A stretch of 32,000 bases of DNA from Candidatus Altimarinota bacterium (GTDB lineage Bacteria; Patescibacteriota; Gracilibacteria; UBA1369). The stretch covers positions 90,001 to 122,000 of the forward strand of contig JBAZYK010000001.1 in NCBI GenBank assembly GCA_041659405.1, in the 5' to 3' direction. The translations under genes and the position numbers were made by a program. Under the pieces are notes generated by a model. It ran no database searches, was not told where the DNA came from, and was given only the letters and a program-made list of their open reading frames with translations. Below, piece after piece: positions 14,375 through 25,000 of the stretch; position 1 is the stretch's first letter; the number at the start of each line of letters is the position of its first letter.

Positions 14375-14782
14375 ATGGAAACTATCATGTTGGACAGCTC
14401 GGTTTGGATATCGTTTTTTGCTGAAGATTGCCATACTCCTGAGGCTAAAAGGATATTATCTAGAATAGAATCCGGTGAAGACATAATATTAATTCCATCA
14501 ATTATTTATGCCGAAATTATTAATAATCTCACGAAATTAGACAAAACCCTTAAATCAGTAAGTGTGGCAGAAATAGCTTTTAAAAATATAAAAATAAAAT
14601 TTATGAATCCGGACAGGAAATTTTGGTTTAAAAAACTCAAGCACTATTCCCTTAAAGTACAATTAAAAACAATGGACCTCGCCATTCTTGCAATTGCATT
14701 TGAATATAAAGTAAATCAGTTATATAGTTTTGATATAAAGCTGCAGAAGGCCTACGAATATCTAAGAAATCATTATGAATAA
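14375..14782 (+). CDS. PIN-domain protein (VapC-like), cassette 3
   Basis: 135 aa: METIMLDSSVWISFF..., IIYAEIINN, LKTMDLAIL, LYSFDIKL. The same D-E-D-D pattern as the paralogs. Confidence 0.8.
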   Translation: METIMLDSSVWISFFAEDCHTPEAKRILSRIESGEDIILIPSIIYAEIINNLTKLDKTLKSVSVAEIAFKNIKIKFMNPDRKFWFKKLKHYSLKVQLKTMDLAILAIAFEYKVNQLYSFDIKLQKAYEYLRNHYE

Positions 14783-14921
14783 GAAAAGAATTAAAATTGT
14801 AACAAAAAAAATAGAAATATTGCCTACTGATGACTTCAGGACGATTATAAAAAAAATGGATAAAATCCGGATAAAAATTAAAGGATTTAACTCCGTGAAG
14901 TTCATACACAGTAATAGGTAA
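14775..14921 (+). CDS. Small basic ORF (48 aa) overlapping the PIN gene 3 stop (ATGAATAA)
   Basis: MNKKRIKIVTKKIEILPTDDFRTIIKKMDKIRIKIKGFNSVKFIHSNR. Conserved C-terminus NSVKFIHSNR. Confidence 0.55.
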   Translation: MNKKRIKIVTKKIEILPTDDFRTIIKKMDKIRIKIKGFNSVKFIHSNR

Positions 14922-14983
14922 GCCTAAAAAGGCGTGTTTTCCCGTAACTGCGCGCGACGATTGAAATTATTTCACGGCTGCGG

Positions 14984-15652
14984 CTATTTGGCGGAAGACT
15001 TTTCCAGTCTGATAACGCGCTTGTTGAGTTGTTTGATTTTTATGTTCATTGGGGCAATCGTTTTGTAGATTGCGTTAAATTTTTCGTCCTGCTGATCAAA
15101 TCTTTCATTGATTTCGGAGAATTTCTGATTCATGTAGTTTTCCATGCTAATATTTGAATCTTTTAAATCCTCAACGTCTTCACGAAGCATGGCAACTTCC
15201 ATCTTTAGTATGCCAATTTCTTCCCTCATTTGTAACATTTCCGCTATTACTTGCCCCAGCCCTAAAGATAAAGCGCCAATATCACGAAGCATGGGTTTGA
15301 AATATTTTTCCTCAAGTTTTGCTTCAAAGCTTTTTTCAAATTCGGCGAAACGTGTGTCAAACTTTTCATCCATCTTTGCGTCCATCCTCTTTTCGAACTC
15401 CGCAAACCGCAGATCAAACTTTTCATCCATCTTTGCATCCATCTTCTTTTCGAACTCCGCAAACCGCAGATCAAACTTTTCATCCATCTTTGCGTCCATC
15501 TTCTTTTCGAACTCCGCAAACCGCAGGTCGAACTTTTCGTCCATCTTTGCGTCCATCTTCTTTTCAAATTCGGCAAATCTAACCTTGAGCTGCGCGTCGA
15601 GGACCGTTTCGATTAAATCTGCCAGTTGTTTTAGGGTTGCTTGGTCAAACAT
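14984..15652 (-). CDS. Coiled-coil protein with tandem 19-aa repeats; function unknown
   Basis: 222 aa ORF. RFAEFEKKMDAKMDEKFDL occurs four times plus a degenerate fifth copy. Then a charged heptad-like C-terminal half (EEIGILKMEVAMLREDVEDLKD..., IKIKQLNKRVIRLEKS). No TM segment or signal peptide seen. Confidence 0.7.
   Translation of the reverse strand: MFDQATLKQLADLIETVLDAQLKVRFAEFEKKMDAKMDEKFDLRFAEFEKKMDAKMDEKFDLRFAEFEKKMDAKMDEKFDLRFAEFEKRMDAKMDEKFDTRFAEFEKSFEAKLEEKYFKPMLRDIGALSLGLGQVIAEMLQMREEIGILKMEVAMLREDVEDLKDSNISMENYMNQKFSEINERFDQQDEKFNAIYKTIAPMNIKIKQLNKRVIRLEKSSAK
15353..15580 (-). repeat. 4 x 57-bp tandem repeat inside the coiled-coil gene
   Basis: Plus-strand unit aaacttttcatccatctttgcgtccatcttcttttcgaactccgcaaaccgcagatc. 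The first three units differ by 1-3 nt, the fourth is more diverged, and a degenerate fifth extends to about 15305. Confidence 0.9.
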
Positions 15653-15866
15653 AGTGGGGGTTTTAGATTATTAAATTAGTTCATGCCCGTTTAAAGGACA
15701 AGTGCATTTTAAAGAATCGACATGAAGAAAAACTAAAATGTTTCTTAAATTATGTTTAAATCCTGAAGGCAAACAACATCCGCATTTTCAGTCAATCTAA
15801 AATTACGAAATTTGGCCCTTTTAAGGCTTTTATGACCGATTTTTGATACTTAATTTGGCCGGATTT

Positions 15867-15875
15867 TGGTAAAAT
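15867..15875 (+). promoter_or_regulatory. Candidate extended -10 element (TGgTAAAAT) upstream of the giant ORF
   Basis: TGnTAAAAT lies 134 nt upstream of ATG 16009, in the 356-nt divergent intergenic region. Same style as the elements upstream of paralogs 2 and 3. No good -35. Confidence 0.3.
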
Positions 15876-16008
15876 ATAGAGAAGTAAAAAATGCCTGCGG
15901 AAAGTGCCGTCACAAAGCCATCAATGTTGTCAGGCTCCGGCGCCAAATCAAAAAAACGCGCCCGGCGGTGCTGATCAACAAAAACGTCTCTAACAAAAAG
16001 AAAAATCG

Positions 16009-19000
16009 ATGTCTGAATACAAAAACATACAACGAGTTATTGCCGGCCTGATCCTCTTCTTTTTGAACGTCCAAATTTTGGAAGTTCCGCTTAGTAAAGC
16101 GGCTCAGGACTGGGCAGCGCAGGGGCAAGCAAACGCCGCATCCGCCCAAGGCGCTTTATCCACCATTCCATCCGCAAAAGCCGTTGATCCAAATCAAAAT
16201 CCGGCAACTTTGCCTCATTTGGGAATCATCGCCATTTTGGTTGATGACGATTTGATGAACAATAAACAAAATTATGCCGGGCTAACGGCTCAATATGCAA
16301 AAGACCTGAATACTCAATTGCTTTCCGACCGTGTTCATCGTTATGCGATTGACGCGCAGAGCTCGCAGCCGAATACAAAATCGCTAATAATTAAAACTTC
16401 CCCAACCTCAAAGGTTGAAGATATTGCAAATAGCTTAGAAAAGTTGTACCTGGAAGGTGATGGCAGCAAGGGCAAAATCACCAACCTGGTTGGAGTTGTC
16501 ACAATTGGTGATGTGCCTTTGCCGGTTGTGAATAAAAATGGTTATCGTTTTGTAAGCATGATGCCTTATACCGATTTTGAGGATAAGGTTTATATTTTTG
16601 ACGCGGCCAGTAGCGACTATCTGCCAAATCCAAATTTAAAATTTGCCAAAGAAGAAGTCTGGCAGGGCGTGATCAAACCTCCACTAAAAGGCGAAGAAGG
16701 CAATAATCTTTTGGCTTCTTATTTCGACAAAAATCATCTGTATCACGCCGGAAATGCTGATTATTCCGTTTTTGATAAAAAGCTTTTATTTGCGGATCTG
16801 TACAACGAATTCAAATCCATGAATAAATTGCAGTTTAATAGTTATTTGCGCTACTTGGCGCACTGGGCCGATTTTGCTTATCTGCGTTTTAATAAACATT
16901 TAGCTGATCAGTTTTTGCAGGAAGTTACGGGCAAACTTAAGGAGCAGGGCGTACCAACAAGTACCAAGGATGCACAGGCGACAGCGGCAAAACAGCAGGC
17001 TGAATTAAATCAGGCCGGAATCCCAAGTGATGGGTTGTTAACTCCCCCATGTGATAAAGATTGCGAGGATGCCAAGAGTAAAAATCCAAAACTTCCCAAG
17101 GGCGACAATAATGTGCAAGCCGCGCCCTCTTCAACCAATAGCATGCCGGATATTCAAACCCGCACGCTCATTTTGAATTTTGTAAGTAAGTACGTTCAGC
17201 TTTTTGATAAATTTTTATCAACAATTAATGATTGGGCCAATTATACCGGCCGCTATAAGGCTGCTTATGAGGATGGCAATGGCAACACTTTAAGCGACAT
17301 TCACAGTATTCCGGCGCTTATAAGTATCAAGGATCAAAATACCAGTGAATATTTTAAACAGGTAAATGACAGCATTGAAAGTGCGATAGACCAACGTGCC
17401 CAGGAACTGCAAAACAGCATGTTAATGATCCAAAATGTTCACTTGAGTGGACAGGTTTTGCTTAGTGGACAACCAAAACCACAAGACCTTTTACCATGGG
17501 ATTTTGTGAATTTTTCGGAACATACTTTTGGCAATTTTAAGACTTTATCCGTAAATGGCGTTCCGGCTTTTGCAATGCAAAGCACGGCTGATTGCAGTAT
17601 TTATCGTGGATCAAACAACAATGGCACAAATTCGGTGATGACAAAATCAATCAAGATTTACAATCCAAAATCGGCAAGTCAAAGTGAAAATTTTGCCGAT
17701 GACATTGTTAATTTTGGTGGATGTTTGGGCAATAATTATAGCCACCCTGAACGCTGTTTCCCGGAAGCTGCGATTGTTCCGGTTTTTGACCTTGTGGGGT
17801 CCAAAGAAGTTGATCCTGCAACCGTTCCGGAAAGTGCCACAAATTACCGCGCCTGCTATGATTTTAAAGAGAAAAATAACTTTGCAAAATACATTGATCA
17901 GGTTGGAACATACCTGAAATTATTTAAATTATTGAAAGATGATCCGACCGCACAAGACTCGCTCGATCCAATATTAAAAACGTTTGGGTCTTCACATCTT
18001 CCCACGTCACAAATATTTATTTTTATATCGCCAAATGTGTTTATCACCCTGGCTGATGTTTTAAAGAAATTAAATATTCCCGCTGACGACTGGGGGCAGA
18101 TTGGTGAAGGCTTTTTGGCTAATCTAAAACAAAATCAGTATGTGCTAAATAACCCTTTTCCCGGTGTTGATTCTTTGACTATCAATTTAACCGCCGAGGC
18201 GGCTGTGGATAATTTGAAAAATGCTCCGATAATTTTGCCAACAATTTCTTATCATAAAGAGCCGACTGCGGATGTTCATAATAAGCCTTATACAAGTATT
18301 AATGAACAATTGCAGGCCGGTGGATTTACCGAAAGTTTACCAAGTGATAATCCCCGTTATGTGGCTTTCCAAGACAAACAAGGGTACTTTCAGAAAATTT
18401 ATTATCCGGATGCTTTTTCGGCAAAAAGTTATAACGATTATTTAAAATCATTACAGGACACCGAAAATAAAATTCTTGATCTGTATGGAAAATTTGACGT
18501 TAATCTGGCTCAAAAAAATGAACACTTCTTAACGAAATTACTTGGGGAACAGGATCAACAAAACGCTAAGGACAAGAGCATTTTTGACATTATTGGTGCC
18601 GCAAAATTGACGGATGCTTTTTCCTGGAAAGATTTGAATATCGATCAAAAGCATAATTATGTATTTACCGAATATTTGGGCGCAAAGGCCGATCCATATG
18701 TGGAAAAAATGAAGAGTGGTTATGAAGCCATGTATTTTGTGAGCCGTGGAAGTACGGATACTTTCCAAACGCAATTTAATGGCGATTATCCGGAAGATGA
18801 CAAGGATTTAAGTTTGGATAGTGCTTTGCATCCGGCCAATACTCCGGAAACTTCACCAAGTGATGCCGGTTATGCTAAAGCCAAAGAAGAAGGTGAAGGC
18901 ATCTTTATTTTTGAATGGTTTAAAGAAATTGTTAAGTGGGTCAAAGAAACCACCAATAAATTAAGCGCGACTATCCAACTTGAGCCGGTTTGCGGCGTGA

Positions 19001-22000
19001 ATGATGGAAAAGATCCTGAAACCGGTGGGGCCGGTGTTGGCCAAGGGCCTGTGAGTCAAACGGCAAATACAAGCAGGTTGATGATTTCCGCCAATAAAAA
19101 TGTTTTAAAAACAGGCTCCGGTGATACTTTGACTTTGACGGTTGTAGGCGTGGATAACAAAAATATTATCCAGGCTGCAGATAGTCAAACCATGGTTGAT
19201 TTGACCATTTCCAAAAGCAATGGACAGGATGTGGTGACAATCGCAAGTACTCATCCAATGCAATTAAGCGGCGGGCGCACGACTTTTATGCTTCAGGCTA
19301 CGGATGTTATTGGCAATGTAACGGTTAATGCGTTTGTTCAGGGCAAAAAAATCACTTCCAATACTGTGCCTATCAGTTCGACCAAAGGCAGCATTCGACT
19401 ACTTTCTTATGTGCGTACTACAGGTGTTGTTTACGCGGAAAAAGTTGCTTCCGGATTTATAATTAAAGATGCAAATGGAAATGTGATTGCAGAAGTGGAT
19501 GGCAAAACCGGCATGGTGACAATTAAAGATGATCGTTATCAGCTTTTGGCACAACCTTCGGAAGGGGCTAAACCGGTGCGTCTTTCGGTTCAACAAAAAA
19601 CCGGAGATCTAATTGTGGCGAGTGTCTTTTTTGCGGTTGATGGAAAACAGCCGATTTTAATTGATGGCCCGGATGTTGATTATCTGAAATCTTTTGCCGA
19701 TCTTGCTGGCGTGCATCTAAAAGATCTTTCCAATAAAGATGATTATTCCGCGCAAAAATCGAGTAATTCGTTTAACAAAAATGGAATTTATTTATACGAA
19801 AAAAATGGAAATAATCAAAATAAATTTGGCATTATAGATACTTTGGGGAATGTTTACCTTGCGGCCGGTTTTGGCTTTCAGATGAAGTCCCCTGCGCAAG
19901 GAGCTGATCCGGTTATTTTCCAGATTTTGGGCAAAGACAATAAAGCTTTATTTGAAATTTATTTGGGTATTCAGAATCCAACGGTGCAGATTCTGAAGCC
20001 CGAAGGTGATTATGCCGCTTACAATACTTTGAATAAGTCCCAGTCTGATTTTAATGAAATTCTACTTCAGGGCGCGTTTAAATTGCCGACAGGTAGCGAA
20101 AGTCAGAATTCGGACCTTTGGAATAAAGGCGCTACTGCAGGCGTTATTCCGGACAGTGATAACGATGGCTTAAACGATCTGCAGGAACTTTTAATCGGCA
20201 CTAATCCAAAGAATGCGGACACCAACGGTGATTTGATTAAAGATGGCGACGAAATCAATAAAAATCTTAGTCCGTTCATTAAAGATACGGCTCTGTTTAA
20301 AGATTTAACGCCGGCGCACGAAGCCTTTAACGATATTTTAAAACTTTATAAACGTGGAATTATTTCCGGTTATGCCGATGGAACCTTTAAGCCTGAAAGA
20401 TTATTAAGCCGTGAAGAATTTGTAAAATTGGATTTGGGAGCCATTTGTATTTATTGCACAAAACTAAGCGAAACTGTGAAGAAATCAATTGACGCGGTTT
20501 ATAATCAAAGTCCTTTCCCGGATAAAAACTTTACGCCAAACCTCTTATATTGTGTTAAAGAGGCCAAAAATCGTTCGATCGTTTCCGGATATAAAGGCGG
20601 GAATCAAGCCGGATATTATTTGCCGACCAATTCAATCAGCCGCGCGGAAGCGAGCAAAATTATTTTGGAAACCGCACGTCAGCAGGGAAACAGTAAAATC
20701 GCCGTTGATCCTTCAATTCCGGATGGCAAACCATGGTATTACAATTACGTTTTAACCACTCAAAAAGAACATTTCTATCCCAACGGTCGCTTTAAAGAGC
20801 TTGATACACTTGCTCCCGCTGAGTTTAAAACCTGGTTTGATGCTCAGTTACAACAGGCTGCAAGCGGACAAAGTAATGCCTTTGTGACTTGGATTTCCGG
20901 TGGAATTACGCGCGCGGAATTTTCGATTATGGTTTCCCGTTTGATCAATAAAACCGATTGTTTCGCGGACGACCAGGACCACGAGGGCTTATCCGATAAT
21001 CTGGAAAAATATGTGTATGGAAGTTCTCCAACCAATCCGGACACGGATAATGGCGGCGTTGATGATTTTACGGAAGTCGTAAATCAGATGAATCCGCTTG
21101 ATAAAAAAGATGATAATGATTCCGATGGCGATGGCATGCCAAACAGTTTTGAGGTTAAATATGGCTTGAATCCGTTTGATCCTACCGATACAAATAAGGA
21201 TAAAGACTTTGATGGTCTAACCAATTTGGAAGAATATCAATATGGAACCGATCCGTCCAATCCTGACACGGATGGTGGTGGCGTTAACGATGGCGATGAA
21301 GTTTTGCAGAAAATAAATCCGCTTGATGCCAAAGACGATTTTAAAAATGCCGGTGCCAAAAACGGTTCATACATCGTTGGCGACAATATTTTTGATAACT
21401 ATGTTTTTGACCAGCAAACACCTCCGGCCAATACTTCAAGTATAAATTTTGAAGATCAGGTGCCGGCAGATGGCAAGAGCAAGCTGTTTTTACGCGCAGA
21501 AGTTTTAAATGACAATGGCGACATAGATACCGCCCAAAATGGAACGGTTAAAATTTATCGCAAAACGGATTCCGGGAATTTTGCCAAGATTTCTCCCGAT
21601 CAGGTTAAATTGCAAAAGGGCGTTGCCGAAAGTGAAATTACCGCTTCTACCCACGCCGGTGAATATGTGGTTAACGCAGAATTGAATGGCAAGAAACTTC
21701 CGGTGGATGATAAATCAATTTTTGTTACACCGCTTGATCCGGCCAAAATCGAAATAAAAGTTGAATCTGCGTCTATTAAAAGTGGTGGGTTATCCAACAC
21801 AATTGCTTATGTTTATCTTGAGGATGTAAACGGCAATATTGTAAATAATGGCACTAATCAATTAACTTTTACTGTTGATGGACCCGGCCTGATTACTACC
21901 GGGGATGAAGATCCACAGCAAGATGGCATACAACTTTCAAGCGTCAGTGGTGAATTTGAGGTCATGATCGCTTCACAAAAAGACCCCGGACAAATTACAT

Positions 22001-25000
22001 TAAAGGCAACCTATCAGGCGCCGATTGATGAATTGGTAAGCCCTGAATTGGCCGCGGGTACCCAGGCGGTTACTCATATTTACTCGCGTGATGATTTGCA
22101 TTTGACGCTTATTCCGGCAAATGGAAGTATCCCATCCGATTACAGCACCGTTACAAGTTTGCAAGCTTCCGTGCTGGATAAAAATAATCAGGTTGTAAAA
22201 AACTTTAATGGAGTGGCACAGTTTGCTCTGCTTGACCCGCAACTTGGGAAACTGGTTTCAGGCTCTTCACAAGCGGTAAAAAACGGTCAGGCGCAAAATG
22301 CTTTTCAGGCAAGTAACAAAGCCGGTGATGCTAACATTTCTGTGACAATAAATGGATTTGATCCTGCAAACGCGATTGTAAAAACTGCTCCAAAAGAGGC
22401 CAAGAAAATTGTTTTAGAGGCGGCAAGCGATACAATCGAAAGCAATCCTTCATCAATAATGGAGGTTATTGGCAAACTTTATGACACCGACAATAATTTG
22501 GTGACTAATAACTCGACTACCCAGGTGACTATTCGCCTTACGGACGCAACCAAGCCTTATGGATTATTCGACAACCAGGCTGTACAAGCCAAAAACGGTA
22601 TCGTGAAATTCGCTCTTCGCGGGACGGGGAAAACCGGCCCAATTAACATTATTGCTTCCGCGAAAGGACTTTTAGATGGTGGTTTGCAACTTCAGAGCGT
22701 AAATAATTTCAAGGCGGATGATTTAAAAAATATTAATCCACAGGTTTTATTTGCCGCGGTTTTGGGTTCGGCTTTTGGTGATACATTTAAGGATAACTAT
22801 CTTGGTGGATGGTTCCTGTTTTCGGGAAAAACCCAAAGTGTACTTTCGTTGATGAGTGATCCAAAACCACATTTGGGACTTGTTCAAGTGGATTATAGCG
22901 GACGAATTAAAGCTTTGAGCAGTGATAGGCTTGAGTCTAAAATCATTCCCGGGAATGCGGTTAATCAGCCTACCCGTGTTATTTACACAGACACATTGAC
23001 CAGCCAAAACATCGCGGAAGTTTTTGCGATTGCCAAACCACAAACTGCGGCAAAGGTTTTGGCTGCGCAAGCGCCCGTTGCAAATCTGGCTGAAGGTATT
23101 TATCTGCAGAATCTTTCAGATACTCAGGATTATAGTGTTGCTCAGGCCGGTGACAGCGTAAGCCTGGTTAATAAAGGTAATGAAGCTGTGAAGATTTTCA
23201 ACAATGGCGCGGTGAAAATTTTTGATAACAACTTTGCCCTTAAATATGACCCTGCGGCCAATGATGCCTATTTTATTTTACAAATTTATGATGGTGGCGT
23301 CGCGGCGGCCCAAATTATTTATGCCTATGGCTTTAGCGGCGATGTTCAAAAATTACCGTTTGAATTTGCGTATTCCAATCAAGCAAATTATCAACCGGGT
23401 GTTTATGTACACATGCTGGATTCCGGTAAACAGTTTGAATTACTTCCATCTTTTTCTGGTAACTCAACCGCTTTGCCACAGGGCGCGCTAATCACGGATA
23501 CAAGCGAAGAAATGGCTAACACTCAGGCTCCCGGACTAAGTTATTCTTCAATTGAAACGGCAGCGGATAATCCCGGTGTTGGCTTTCAGGGCGATAATAA
23601 ATTTATGCTGCTTTTCTCCGCTGGTAATTCCGTGGGCGAAGCAAACGTGCCATACGCTTCAGAAATTGGCGTGGTGCTTGGTGATCCTACAGTCCGCCTA
23701 AATAATAAAATCAATGTTTCCAAAACCGGATTCACTCAAGATATTGGTCAGGAAATTTATTTTGGGAATGCCGTAATTCAGGAAATGCAGCCAATAGATT
23801 ATAACTCCGATGGCAATAAAGATTTGGTTGTGGCTTATCAGGATGGAAAAATGCGCTTGCTGCAAAATACCAATTCTTATCCGCGCTTTACGGATAAAGG
23901 CGTGCTGCTAAATTTCCCAAATGGAATAATCAGTTTTACGGTTGGAGATTTTAATAAAGATAATCAACCGGACATTGTGGTTGCTTCACAAGATAGCTGT
24001 AGAAAGGGCGAAATCTGCATTGATGAATATGTGAATAATAATGGTAATTTTGTTCGCAACCATTTAAAGTTGCAGGGTTTCACCGATAAAAATCGCATTA
24101 ACATGATTCGCTCCGGCGACATGAATAGTGATGGTTATGCAGACCTGGTTACCTCCGATGATGCAGGGGTAATCCGCGTTTTCTATAATCGTGGTGGCAG
24201 TTTTGACAAAGGCCAATTCATTGGATCACTGGGCGTTCATATCGCTCAAAACGATAATTTAAAAACCGAAGTTTTGGTTGCTTACGACGGCATGCCGAAA
24301 GTTGATCCTAAAGATTCAAACAGTGAACTTAATTTCAGAGAATTGCCGGTGCAATTGCCTAGGAGTGGCTTAAGCGCTGCAGATCAGCAGGCTTATGATG
24401 AAGCTCTTAATTCCGGATCGGATGCTGCAACTATCACAAGTTCTCCGTTAACGGATCAAACTCAGACTCAATTTCTTTTTGCCGATGTTGATCCGGCACT
24501 TTTTGCGTCCGAAAAACGTGCCAAGGATTTAACGCCTCCACTTGATACTTTGGCTCGTGGCGATGAAGTGGCTTACACAATAACTCTAAAAAATAGCGGT
24601 AATAATGATTTGCAAAATGTAATGGTGAGTGACGTTGTGCCAACAAGCATGGAAATTGAAAAAGATACAATTACCTGTAACGACTGCGGGAAAGAAACCA
24701 TGCGAATTGGTGAAACCGGAGAAAGTTTACGTCCGTATATTTTCAGCGGATTCAGTATTCCTAAAAAAGGAGAGCGCACTATTACCTATAAATCCAAAGT
24801 TAAAACTACGCCAAGAGTAAAAATTTATCTTGGTCAGAATTTGGATGCTGCCTATCCACAGGATAATTTTATGGATATTGGCGCCGCTCCGGATGGAAAT
24901 AACACCGGAAGAATGACTTATTTCTATTCGATTTCACAAAATCAGGTTAGTCAAGAAATGAATTATGGAACTTATGTTTCTCCTCCGCCGGATCCAAAAC

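Noticed and set aside
11700-14925. Whether the repeated units could be a CRISPR array or an integron cassette array
   Set aside because: It is not CRISPR: the repeats are 75-160 nt mosaic modules spaced ~1 kb apart with genes in between, and there are no cas genes. An integron is not supported: there is no intI-type integrase and no attI, and I cannot recognise attC-like R''-L''/L'-R' cores. The cassettes also appear to carry their own upstream regions. The cassette-like logic is still reported as a finding.
15144-15674. ORFs 15144..15674 (+), 15262..15576 (-) and 15319..15582 (+) overlapping the coiled-coil gene
   Set aside because: These are shadow frames kept open by the 57-bp tandem repeat. 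They yield low-complexity Ser/Phe- or Arg/Trp-rich repeats. The 222-aa minus-strand frame gives a coherent amphipathic coiled coil and extends beyond the repeat.
15866-16149. ORFs 15866..16051 (+, 61 aa) and 15910..16149 (-, 79 aa) in or over the leader of the giant gene
   Set aside because: Both are basic, low-information sequences with non-ATG starts, no motifs and no conservation evidence. They overlap the giant-gene start and its candidate promoter and 5' UTR.
16200-16700. Possible gingipain/C25-like (caspase-fold) region at the N-terminus of the giant protein (…NLVGVVTIGDVPLPVVNKNGYRFVSMMPYTDF…WQGVIKPP)
   Set aside because: The pattern recalls the LLVGD..IP....SD..Y segment of C25-type proteins, but I cannot identify a catalytic His/Cys dyad by eye. 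The call needs a profile search and was not made.
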